Positions 37,135 to 48,923 of a stretch of DNA of 64,000 bases are shown here, in pieces. The notes beneath the pieces are model-generated. The model searched no databases. It was given only the letters and a program-made list of their open reading frames with translations, and was not told the DNA's origin. The translations under genes and the position numbers were made by a program. The stretch's first letter is position 1; every line of letters starts with the position of its first letter. The stretch is from Pseudogymnoascus verrucosus (taxonomy: Eukaryota), in NCBI GenBank assembly GCA_001662655.1, contig KV460248.1. The stretch is one strand, 5' to 3'.

Positions 37135-39593
37135 TTAACGGAACCTCGACGTACACCTCCCCATCACCTCACCCTGACACACTAGCTCAGCATTGAATTC
37201 CGAGCCGTCGAGGGTGAGGTAGATGTCGAAGTACACGCGGTAGAATGTCCCCTGCGGCGTGTCCATGCGCTCAAAGTCCTTTTCGAGGTTTTTGCGGGAG
37301 AGGTCTGAGGTTAGAGTTACGACTTCTTTGACTCCTGTTCTGCTGTTAGCCCTGTCCCTGCTTGTGTTTCTCTCGTGGGGTAAAAAGGGGGACTTACTAG
37401 GATCCTTCGTATACTCCGGACAAATCTCATCATCACACGCATACAAAATATCCTCATACATCAGCGTCGCCCCCGGCGCCACCTGCCTAAAGAACGACAC
37501 CTTCACCGGCTCCCCAATCTTCACCCTCTGCCCCTTCTGCACAAAGATCTGGCGCGTGAATTTACACCTATCCTTCCCATCCAAGCTAGGCACCCTGTAC
37601 GCCTCCGGATGATGGCCCTCCTTGAACGGTTGCAGAGTAGCCATAAGGTAGTGACGGCGCGCTACGCGCGATGTGACGACGCGCTCGGAGATACCGGCTG
37701 TGACGGCGCCCTTGACGATGGCGGCGACGGAGTCCATGGGTCTTACGACCTTGGCTTGGAATTGCGGGGGGACGTGGAGTTTGATCTGCTGGAAGAGGTA
37801 TTCGCTCGCTCCAAAGCCACCGACGACGAGGACATTCTGTAAGGTGCGATTCTGCGCCTGGATCGCAATGATCTGGTTCCTCACGAGCTCGAGGATACGG
37901 TTGACGACCGGCTCGAAACACTGCAAGATCTCCTCGTTGGTGAACGTCATATACCCCTCCTCAATCCCCGCCTCAGGGAACTCAGCCTCGATCCCAACAT
38001 CAACGGCCCACTTCTGGTTATTATTCCTGAAATCCGCCTTGATGCGATTCTCAAAGTCCATGATACACTTCGCGTACACGCGTCCCGCGGTTCTGGATCC
38101 CTCAGGGAGTTTCATCTTGCGGATCTTGGTGCGGAGGATGTTGCTGAAATTCCTATTGAGGGCCGTGGAGCCGCAGCTGTCTCCCGAGCCGGCGGTGCAC
38201 TCGGCCACCGTGAAGGGGGTCTCCTCTTCGACCTCGTAGGCGATCAGATCTACGGTTCCGCCGCCGCAGTCGACGATCAGGATCGCGTCGTGGACTTTAA
38301 GGTTTAGCAGACCCGCTTTGGCGCAGAACATCGCGGCGGCTTCGGGCTCGGTGATCAGGGTGAGGCGGTTATCGTTCTCGTCGCGCAGGAACCCGGCCTG
38401 GATGGCAGCGGCGCGGGTAGCGGCCTTGCCGGCGTCGTTCCAGATGGCGGGGACGGTGAGGAAGTACTTGATGTTGCGCTCCTCGCGGTTGAAGACCTCG
38501 CCGAGGGACTTCTGGAGCTGGTTGCGCATGGCCTGGCGCAGCTTGAAGAGGTAGTCGGCCGCGACGTCGATCTCGGACTTTCCGGGGGGAAGCGGGGGGA
38601 GGTTGATGGGGTCGATGTATGTGTTTCCGGAGAGCATGAGTTGAAGCTTGAACCACTCGACCTTTTGGACGCCGGGCTTGGGGTAGCCGGTTGGGGCCAG
38701 GGCGTCGGCGATGTCAGGGCCCCAGCCGACGACCTTTTGGTACTGGTCGTAGTAGAGGACGGTGGGGATCTGTTAGATGTTAGTTGATATTCTTGCGATT
38801 TGTAGGTCATTCCGCTCTGCCCACCTTCTGCTTCGTGTAGATACCCGCACCAGGCCACTCCGTAATAATATCCTCCTTCGCCTCGGCATTATCATTCGAG
38901 ATGAAGGCAAAAGCCACGCCGGAGAAAGTAGTACCCTTTAATTCCTATTAGCTTCCGCCTTGCTCGTCTCGGGATGGCTCGTCCCGCGATGTGTCAAAGA
39001 TGGAGAAAACTCACAAAATCAATACCAACAATCAGCTGCGACTTGCTTCTCCCCGCACCTTCCACCTCCACCGCATTATTTCTCGTATACGGCTGAGGCA
39101 CCATACCACCCTGCTGCGGGGCATACGGCTGCTGCTGTCCACCATACTGCGGCGGCCCACCAGGGAGCTGCTGCGACGGGGCCCCCATCTGCTGCTGCTG
39201 ATGCTGCTGGGGATAACCGCCCGGCGCGGTATTGATAGGCGGCGGACCACCGAGGACCTGCGACGGAGGCGTGCGCGGGTTCCCTGGCACCATATTCGGG
39301 CTCCCTGCTCGGCCTTGCGCGACGCCTGGCGGATAACCCGTGTAGCTCGGTGGGCGAGGACCGGCGCCTGGGTGCTGGTTCATGGCGAGGCTGCTGGAGG
39401 AGCTGGATTGGGAGAGGGGTCCCGGGCGGACGGGTTGGCCGGCGAGTTGGGGTGGCAGCTGCTGTTGCTGTTGCTGTTGGGGTGGGAGGGGTTGCTGAGG
39501 CGGCTGGGTTGGTGGTGGGATGCCTGGACCTGCGGCCGATTTGCGCTTTGATCCGAAGCCAAATCCTTTGAAGCGCGAGCTGGTAGAACTCAT
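37135..39593 (-). CDS. Atypical Hsp70-like (HSPA12-type) ATPase with P/Q-rich N-terminus
   Basis: MSSTSSRFKGFGFG...LIVGIDF|GTTFSGVAFAF, LTVPAIW, ITEPEAAA, IVDCGGGTVDL and VVGGFGASEYL. Three introns. Confidence 0.93.
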
Positions 39594-40663
39594 TAAGAAG
39601 GAAAGGGAGGAAGGAGGGAGGAGAAGGAGGTGGGGGGGGAGGGAGAGGATGTAGAGGAACAAAAGAAGAGCGAGTGTGGTGGGTAGTGGTAGGTTGTGTT
39701 CAAAGGCGGGAGTCGGGCGGGAGGGGGGGAGGAGGTAGGTCAGCTTTGTGTCAGATGTTGACAGCCGCAGCACCAATTCGGGGTGGTGGGTTTAGGGTGG
39801 GATAGGGTGGGTATTGAGTGGAGGAGGAGGGGGATGGGGGCGGTGGTGGTAGTAGTGTTGTTGAAAGGTTGAAGAGTGAGGGGAGGGGGGGGTTGGTGGA
39901 TAATGGGAATTACTGTTATTGAAAAGAGAAGGAGTGCGGCTGTGGGCTGGGCTGGACTTGGGTTGGGATGAGAGGATGATGAGATGATGGGATTGGGGAC
40001 GAGGATGGGCTGTGGTAGTAGTGGATGGTTGTTGTTGGTGGAGGTGGAGGGAGAAGGATTTGGGGAGAGTGGGATGTGATGGGTAGAGGTACAGTTTGAC
40101 TAGGAATACATTATAGATACATATTGGGGGTGTGGTGTTTGTGTGTATTTGCGTGTTATTACTGTCTCTGAAGGTGCGTGTAGGATGTGTACTTCTAAGT
40201 ACCTCTATCATAAATGTACATACAATACACACGATATCTACGATACCATAGGGCGAAAAAGGTGGGAGGAGGAGGGGAAGAAACGACGAGGGATTCTCAA
40301 GAGGGGATCGAGTGGAAGGGCTGAGACGACGGCAGGGGATGGCAGGGGATGGCAGGGTCCGAACAGGGGAGGGGCCAGTGGTTAGTGGATGGGTTAGTGG
40401 GAGTGGCAGTGGTAAGAAACAGAGCTAGTCAGATGGTACGAGCGCGGAGTAGTGATGGTACTTGTAGATTGGTGGTAGTGGGTGTGGGGGGTGAAGTCAC
40501 TTGATTAGAAGAGGGGTGTCACTTTTTATTAGGAAGGGGAGAGTGGCTGTGATAGCGACTGCGGCGGTGTGTGCTGGTTGGCGGTGTTTGGCGGTGTTTG
40601 GGCGGTTTTTGTTACTTTGGTAGAGCGATGAAGATGTGTCTAAGGCGAGTTAGTCTGGTTGAA

Positions 40664-40692
40664 CTGTGGCTGTGGCAGTGGCAGTGGCAGTG
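40664..40692 (+). repeat. (TGGCTG/TGGCAG)n hexamer repeat; an (AGAGT)n repeat lies near 40793-40814
   Basis: Directly visible tandem repeats in the Hsp70-glucokinase intergenic region. Confidence 0.8.
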
Positions 40693-42518
40693 GGAGTGAC
40701 AGTTCCGTCTCTTCGGGTTGAGGGTATCCGTACCATTGAGAGGATATCACTGGGCTCAGGACTCTGGTATGGTACTCTTCTAGTGACAGCGCTAGAGTAG
40801 AGTAGAGTAGAGTACTCTGTCCATCCTCCCCATCTACCCATCTGCAGCACAGTAAATCTACCATGCAGTTCCCATGCAGCAGTAGCATCCTTCGGTGAGG
40901 ATATGAGGTTAGCCACAGCCACAGCCAGCTACAGCTACGGGAATAAACTTACATAATGGACTCGCATATATGTGAAGTAAGACACATCGAACGATCGACA
41001 CACTACACACGAGGAGAGACAGACACCACGCAGATATGCCTGAGTAGACCCAGATATGCCTGTAGACCCAAATAGACCTGACATGACATGACAGAACAGA
41101 GCCTCTAGTTTGATTACGGTATCAATCAGGCGAATCGTGGGATTGCCCTGTTGATCGCTCTTTGTATATGGAGTCGAGTGTATAATTATAGAACATGATA
41201 CTATAGAATAGAATTATAGCTTCAAAATAGACGCAAATAGCCACACGCCAGGCCCATCCTTTAACGGCACAATCCTTCGCTCTCTGTTGTCTCCATATAC
41301 CGTCTATTCCAGTCCTCGCTACTCACTACTCACTTCGCGACTACGCGACTAACTCGCCTACTCCCACTTCGACTGTGCTCAACTCCGCGGCGGATCAACC
41401 ACGGTTCCCCTCCTCGCTCTCGGATGGGATATTTATAGAACACCCACCAGATTTATATCGGGATGAGCCCTGACAATCACATCACGCTATTGTGATTGAT
41501 ATACCTTTTTATATACTGTCTTCTATATTTATATTTTCATCTCTCATCAAGTAAACGACCGGATACATTCCATCCAGATCGAGTACTCCTCACTGGGTCT
41601 ACAACCATCCGCACTCTAGCATCCGTTTGCATCTACAGTACATGCCAGTATGCCAGTATGCCAGCATGTCAGTCTCCTCTGTGCTGTATGCTGCTGTATG
41701 CACCGTGCATCCTCCAAATGGCCTTCCTTCCATTCACCCGTCTTATGCCGCCGCTGCACTGCGTCAAGCCAACCACTCACCTCCCCCTTAACCCCCCTTC
41801 TTACTAGAGACTCGTGGCACAGGATTTCATGCATATATTGTCTCCAATGCTAATGCCAATGCCTCAACTACCTTCCTATTGGACCGATGTCCCCTTGGCG
41901 CTTGTAGCCCTACTCACCGGTCGGAGGGTGGTGTGTTGGATGGTTGACCTGTCAGTCGTCTGGTGTGCGATGAGAGGAGAGGAGAGAGTACTTCATGGGA
42001 GCTGGTTCACTGCTTCAACACTTCACTTCACAGTTCACACACGGTATTGTAACTACTCGATATACTGTGTTATGCTATACAGTACTATGGGGAGAGAGGT
42101 ACGGACGAGTGAGACACTTTCGTCGTCCATACACGAAATCAACGAACGCCACCGTGGTAGACATACTCTATGTACAGTACAGTACCTCTCGTGCGCACAG
42201 CCAGCCGCCCGTCACCATTCCTACCCGAACTGTACTGTACAGATATCCTCATACCCTCCTCTCCTCACTATCAAATGCTTCATCATATCAATCAGGCCAG
42301 TACTATACTACGCTCAAATACCTCACTTTCCTCCGAATACACGCCTATCGCGCGTGTAATCTTACCTCGAATAGCTCCGAACAGCTCTCCGCTCTCCGCT
42401 CTCCCCTCCCCTCCCTTCTGTGACTAAAACCCGCGCCCACCGCCGTTTCACGCTTCTCCAATTTCCCCTCACCGTGTCTCCCTCTTAGTCTCTCTGTTTC
42501 TCCCTCCCTCCCTCCCAC

Positions 42519-42550
42519 TTCTCTATCTCTCTCTCTCTCTCTCTATCTCT
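42519..42550 (+). repeat. (CT)n microsatellite / pyrimidine tract, probable transcription-start region of glucokinase
   Basis: ctctatctctctctctctctctctatctct. Confidence 0.7.
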
Positions 42551-43234
42551 ATGATCTACACACCTTCACATACATACAATTATACCAATCTTGACTCTAT
42601 TCCCCTCTTAATCTCTAATCAATCCCCTCGTCGTCGCTGTCGTGTCTCTCTCTTGCTTGAAACCCAAACCCCGTACTACTCTACTTGCAACTCTATCTCC
42701 CAATCCGCCATTTTCGGTCCTACTTTCCTGCCCAACCCGCCAAAAATCAGGCCAAAACCAGCCAAAACCAGCGAAAAGATCCCCCGCAACCCACAAAACA
42801 AGAGGTCCCGCCGCGTCTTCCAATAGGCCCGACCACCAAGCTACACCAAGCTACAAGCTGCAAGCTACAACTTTCCCTCTCTCTCCTCCGTACCGTACGC
42901 CCGGACTTCCGCTGTACGGAACGGGCTACAGTACATACCAGCCTCCGTGCTGGAAGTACTCGCTCCACCACCAAAAATTGCTCCCCTCACCTCATCATCG
43001 ACCCCGCCAAGTGTGGCTTCAACCCCTCAGCAATCAACGACGTTGGCTACATCTAGCGAAAGGGCAGTTCGGCCCTTACCTCCCAGAACCAGAACCACCA
43101 CCAGCATCACCAACACCCAAAACACCCTCACTTCTCATAAAAATATAGCTCTCTTCTCGGCCCTATATTGCTCGCGCTCAAATCCAATTGGCCTTGTTCG
43201 TCTCATCTCCGTCGCCGGCATCGTCCTAGCCCTA

Positions 43235-43306
43235 GTAAGAGATATGCACAAAATCGCTCATGTCATCACACCACAGATAGCTGACTGAGCCATTCACCTA
43301 TTATAG
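43235..43306 (+). other. Probable intron in the glucokinase 5'UTR
   Basis: GTAAGA donor, GCTGAC branch point and TTATAG acceptor, about 180 nt upstream of the ATG. Confidence 0.55.
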
Positions 43307-43483
43307 TTCATCCAGTTCTTCTTCACCGGCCCCTCGAGCTTTCTCAATTCCCCAATAAGCTCGTCGTCTTCTTCATTCCGCCCTCCCTCCACGAGTCCTG
43401 CACCCGCGCAAGCTGTCTGCGAGTGCCCGCACCCCTTCCTCCTCCCAACAACAGACATCTCGAAAGTGGACAGCAGCAGCAGC

Positions 43484-45084
43484 ATGTCTTCTCCTCTTCA
43501 GGAAGCCGCGCAGCGCGTGGCCAAGGAGTTCGATTACTCCGATGATGAGGTGTTCAAGGCGGGGAAACATTTCATTACCCAGATGCGTAGGTCACTCTCG
43601 TCACATTAGTTCGGAGGAGCCGGGAATAACGAATTCTACAGAGGAGGGCCTGCTGAAGGATGGAACCTCGATGAGCCAGATTCCTACATACGTTACCGCC
43701 GTTCCCAATGGCACAGAGAAGGTGAGAATAGCCTGACACCCAACTGGCGCGAACCTAGCTAAAACACATCCAGGGCGTCTACCTCGCCGTCGACCTCGGC
43801 GGAACCAACTTCCGCGTCTGCTCCATCCAACTCCACGGCGACACGACCTTCACCCTCACTCAATCCAAAGTCGCGATCCCCAAAGAACTAATGATCGCCA
43901 AGACCGCCGTAGAGCTCTTCTCCTTCCTCGCCAAGCAAATCGAGCTCTTCCTCAAAGAGCACCACGGGGAGCACTTTGAGTCTCACCTCCGCCGCCGCAA
44001 CACCGTCTCCTCCCCCACCGGCTACAGAGACGAACACATCTTCAAGCTCGGCTTCACCTTCTCCTTCCCGGTGCACCAGATCGGGATTAACCGCGGCACG
44101 CTGATTCGCTGGACCAAGGGCTTTGATATCGCTGATGCGGTAGGCAAGGACGTTTGCCAGCTCCTCCAGGACGCAATCGACGCCCTCCACCTCCCCGTCC
44201 GCGTCTCCGCCCTCGTCAACGACACAGTCGGAACGCTAATGTCGCGCTCCTACACCTCCCCCGGCAAGACCCCCACTGTCCTCGGCGCCATCTTCGGCAC
44301 CGGCACGAACGGCGCCTACGTCGAGAAACTCTCCAACATCAAGAAGGGGCTCGAGGGCGCCTACGACGCCAAGACCGGAGAGATGGTCGTCAACACCGAA
44401 TGGGGCTCCTTCGACAACGAACTCACCGTCCTCCCCACCACCGTGTACGACAAGGACCTCGATACTGCGAGCGTTAACCCGGGGATCCAGATGTTCGAGA
44501 AGCGCGTCTCGGGGATGTTCCTGGGTGAGCTTCTTCGGCTGGCTGTCGTGGCGCTGTATAAGGAGAAGTTGATCTTTACGGATGTGGCGGCGATTGAGGC
44601 TGCCTCGCCGTTGAATACGCATAGTGGGGTTGATTCGAGCATCCTCTCTGTTGCGGCGGCGGATGAGACTGCTGACCTCGCGGCGCTGAGGAAGGAGATC
44701 GAGGTACAACTCGCTGTTAAGCAAGCTAGTGTCGAGGATGCAAAGGCGATTAAGACTATTGCTTACGCCATCGGTCGTCGTGCTGCCCGCCTCTCTGCTG
44801 TGGCTGTTGGTGCGATCGTCGTGCAGAGCGGTCGTCTCGATACCACCTCCTCTTCTGCTAGTGGAGAGGTCTCGGAAGATGATATAGTAGATGTAGGCGT
44901 CGACGGTTCTCTAGTGGAGTTCTACCCCGCGTTCGAGGAGCATATGCGCGCGGCGCTTCGCAAGGTGGCGGGGATGGGGGAGCAGGGGGAGAGGAGGGTG
45001 AGGATTGGGATTGCGAAGGATGGGAGTGGAGTTGGGGCGGCGCTGATTGCGTTGGTGGCGGAGGGGATGGATGTGGATGCTTAA
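43484..45084 (+). CDS. glkA: Glucokinase / hexokinase family
   Basis: MSQIPTYVTAVPNGTEK|GVYLAVDLGGTNFRV, LGFTFSFP, WTKGF, VNDTVGT, GTGTNGAY, NTEWGSFDN and KDGSGVGAAL. Two introns. Confidence 0.93.
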
Positions 45085-45754
45085 GTGGTCGGGGTGGATG
45101 AGGAAGAGGGGAAGGGGGGGAAGAGGGGGGAGGGGGTGTGATCTACCTGCTATATTATGATGATAGCTGGGGACAGAGATGGAGGGGGCGGGGGGGGGGG
45201 CTGTCAAGGTGCCTATATATATGGCTTTCTTACCCCCCCCCCACCACGGGCCCCCTTTGGGGTGTTTTAGGATGAGTAAGGGAATAAGGTAAGTAGGGGG
45301 GAAACCATGCATATTTATTTATTTGATCTAGCATCAATCATCGGGAATTTAAAACGGGGTATATCTTTATATTCATCTATCTCCCCATCTTCCTCCCATG
45401 CATGATTTCAATGTCCTGGTGCCGTAATATGTTTTTGGTTTATTCTTGACGAAAAGTAAAGGAGAGAAGGAAGGGAAGGGAAGGGGAGGGGAGGGGAAGG
45501 GAAAGGGGCTGTTGTGAGTGTGGTGTGGTGTGGTGTGTGGGAAATACTATAAATACTCCCCCTATGCCCTGTCCAAGATCACACTTTCCAGGAGTAACCA
45601 TCAGATCCGCATTCTTTGGGAGATAATGGTGCTGGTGCTGGCTGTGCCTGGAGGCGATGGTTCAATTATCGATGACAAATGGAAGTTGGGCGGGCGCGTC
45701 TGGTATCAAGGGCTTGTGCGAGGCGCTGCAGAGCGACGCGGGGGGGTGCTGAGA

Positions 45755-48350
45755 TGGTGAGAGGTGGGGAGGTGAGAAGGCGGTGGTGAGAAGGAGACGA
45801 CGGTAGTGAGAAGCACCCCATCGGCAAGAAATAAAAAGTGTCTCCTTCCTAGCTACCTACATCCAACTCCTTCTGGTGCGAACAAGATTCGCAGACTTCA
45901 ATATCGCCGTTTCGTATATCCATTCCGGCCAAAGAATATATACTTTTCCCTGGAATTTGTTTTTACTCGCGCCATGATCTTAACTGACAGCTTGCTCGGT
46001 TTGTATTTGAGGGATTTGCTTGGTCATCCTGGATACTATGTGAATGTGAAGGGGGCATCTGAAATGGTTGAGTGGAGAGGTGGAATATGATGGTATGGGG
46101 ATTTGCTGGTGAGAGATAAAGGAGGGTTATTATTGCTGGAGGGAAGAGCAGAAGTCGAATGAGAGAACGAGTTGCTGACATGGAAGGTTTAACGGAGTCG
46201 CTGGGGTGCGTCAAAGAAAGGTCAAACCCCCCTTTTCTTCACAACAACAGATCCCCCAACCGCCAAACTACGACCCGTATTATATTTAAGTCTCACCCCG
46301 CATCCAGCTCCGTGCTAGCAGATCAGTCCAACTTCAAATTTTCCATTTCATGGTGGCCGGTGTGGGGGACTCGTCGGTGGGATGTGAGATGTCCGCATCT
46401 ATGATTGGGTGTTGCGTTTGTCTTGGGGGTGGAGGAAGGGATGGGGTGGGGTGGGAAGGAGGCGTTGTCGGTGAGAGGTGGGCGAGGTGAGAAGTCAGGA
46501 GCGGCGAGAATAGTCGGCGGTGGGAAGTAGTCGGCAGTGACATGAAGTTCCCCGGGATTTTGCTGTAAAACTTGACGCCGGGAGCGCTCTGAGTCAACTC
46601 TCAGCTCCACGTTGCGTTCCTCCGCAATGTGAACGGTTCCCCGGATGAGTTTACTTTGGTGCTACAGGGAAGTGAGAGGTGCCGGGAGGAAGTGGGGTTT
46701 ATATAGTGGGATGATGGTCTCATCATCATGAGAACTCATATTAACATAGGGAATTGCTGGGAAGGGGTAAATGGATGGTATGATTGCTGTTAAGCAGAGA
46801 GAAAATCAAGGGGGGTCAACTGACTTGCTGATGTAGCAAAGTTAAGGGGGTAGCTGGTATCCGTCGAGAAGGTGTCAACTCCCTCCGCCCCCCGGCCCCT
46901 TTTCTGGCAAACAGATTCCCGAACCGCGCAACTGCAACCTCTATTGTGTTCAAGTCCCACCCACCTTCCAGCTCTTTACTAGCGAATTAGTTAAGTCTGA
47001 CTGAACAATATTCTCATTCTATGGTTGCTGATGACAGATACGTCGGAGAATCGGGGATAAATTCGGTCCAAAACGGAATAATCCTATGCGCTGACGTCCA
47101 CAGGTTGTTCGATACTTCTCGCAATGCAATCAATACTGATATGGGGATGCGAGATATGTGTATTTTTGGCGGAGTTGGTAGTGGGAGGGACGGAGGCGGT
47201 GGGAAGAGAGGTAGGAAGGAAACGGTGGTGAAAGCGGTGTGATGGTGAGAAGTAGGAGGCGGCGGTGAGAAAGAAGTAGGCGGCAGTGACAACTTCTCGG
47301 CAGAGACAAAAGCTCTACCTATCTATGCTGCGCCGAAAACTCAACCGCAACACACACGCTTCAACTAAGAACATCACATCCGATCTCGGACTGGTTTCTT
47401 GGTCGGACCGAGCTTTGCTCTGGTTGAATCTTTTCTCTGGCTGGAACACAGTTGTGTACAGCTTCTTCGGGCTCCCGAAGTGGGAGTATATAGTGAGACC
47501 AGGCTACTCTAATATGGCATCTGGGGGTTTTGCTCATGATGTTGGGGGTGTCAGAGGTGGAGAGAAATGGTATACATAATAGCGCCGTAACCCTCCTCGG
47601 GGGAATCTTTTTGTCTCTTCCCAAAAAGGAGTTGTGTTTTGGTGTTGATCTTTTAGCCCCCTATCTCGGGCCGCAAGAATTAAACTAGATGGAGAAGGAA
47701 GGCTGAGTGTCAGTATGGGAATATCATATCACAATAGTCCGTCAAATCTCAACTACATATCCCTCACCTTTAGTTAAACGATCAAAGGACAACATACTAT
47801 ATAAGATCTCCAACCCCGACACGGTAGCCACTTACCGATGGCGATTTCCTCTTCGACACGCACAACTTTAAGGATCATAGAATTGCCTGGTACCGTAACA
47901 TCGGGATCAGCTTTGTTGTATACTGTCACTCTTCAGGCTTTGGTGCAGTATTATTCAGTATTGCCAGCTGTTAAATCAAGTGCAAGGTGACGGTGGTGAG
48001 AAGAGGTTGGTGTGAGAGCTAGTAGGTGGTGAGAGGCAGGCGGCGGTGACAACTGGTCTGCGCTGACAAAGGCTCCATTGGAAGCTGCCAAATCTTTCTC
48101 TATCGGGGCATTTTGTCAACCGATCTCCTACTGACAGAGGGTATCCTCAAGGACTTTTCAATTTGTGTTTGAAGCTGTGCAAGCTCCTCACCCTTGTCTT
48201 CTCCCCTTCGTAGATGTTCAGTGCCGTCTCAACTTCGTCGTAAGTATGGGAATATCATATCACAGTAGTCAGTAGTGAGTCAAATCAGAGGTAAGTTACA
48301 TAATTCCACCTCAGGGGCTAGATCGGAGAGAATATACTGTGAGCATGGTA
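45755..48350 (+). repeat. Degenerate repeat array with GGTGAGA-rich / GGCRGTGACA units spaced about 750 bp apart
   Basis: Motif blocks near 45760-45815, 46470-46545, 47220-47310 and 47990-48075. An exact 22-bp repeat AGTATGGGAATATCATATCACA occurs at 47712 and 48243. Confidence 0.6.
47021..47160 (+). pseudogene. HNH endonuclease (HNH_2-type) relic
   Basis: GINSVQNGIILCADVHRLFD resembles the fungal HNH_2 motif INSxxNGxxLxxDxHxLFD. There is no full-length ORF around it. Confidence 0.6.
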
Positions 48351-48923
48351 CCTACAGGACAGCCACTCTCAAACAGCGCTTCATTTATCGTCAAAGTTTC
48401 GAGCAAAGGATACTAAAGCGAGGGATGGGCGATCTTTTAGGCAGGCTTCCCTAGGTCAGCAGGAGCTTGCGGTGCAAAGGATCTTTGTCGCGGTAGGAAT
48501 AGTCTGTGGTGACAACAGCCATCAACGATAGCAGCCAGCGGTGACATAAATCTTCACCGGTGCTGCGTCATGAAACCTGTCAGCCTATGTGGTGGACCTC
48601 GAATACAATTCCACAACATTCATGGTGCACGAGCAGGCAGCTATATATTTCGTAGCTTCGTCTCATATTTCTCGTGATGAGCAGGTCAAAACATGGTGAA
48701 GGAAACCAGTGCTTAAATAGTTCATAGATTTTGTATTAACGGGCCTCGATGGGCAGATTCTAAAAAAATGGGTATATACGGCGCCTTCCCCCCCTTTTCC
48801 CAATAGAGCGCCAAAAAATACAATCCAGCCCGACCCAATCACTCATCGATTACCACACTCACCACAACGGTTTGCTCGCCCCAGCACCCAGGACGAAGCC
48901 AACTCGAACCCACAACCACCCCC

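Noticed and set aside
40235..40262. ACGATACCATAGGG resembling the 5' end of fungal 5S rRNA
   Set aside because: Similarity stops after a few bases and there are no internal A/C boxes.
41496..43288. Several 100-180 aa ORFs in the Hsp70-glucokinase intergenic region
   Set aside because: They overlap, are low-complexity and show no domain motifs or gene-like codon bias.
45755..48350. CRISPR-like interpretation of the periodic repeats
   Set aside because: The context is eukaryotic, the repeats are degenerate, the spacers are hundreds of bp long and there are no cas genes.
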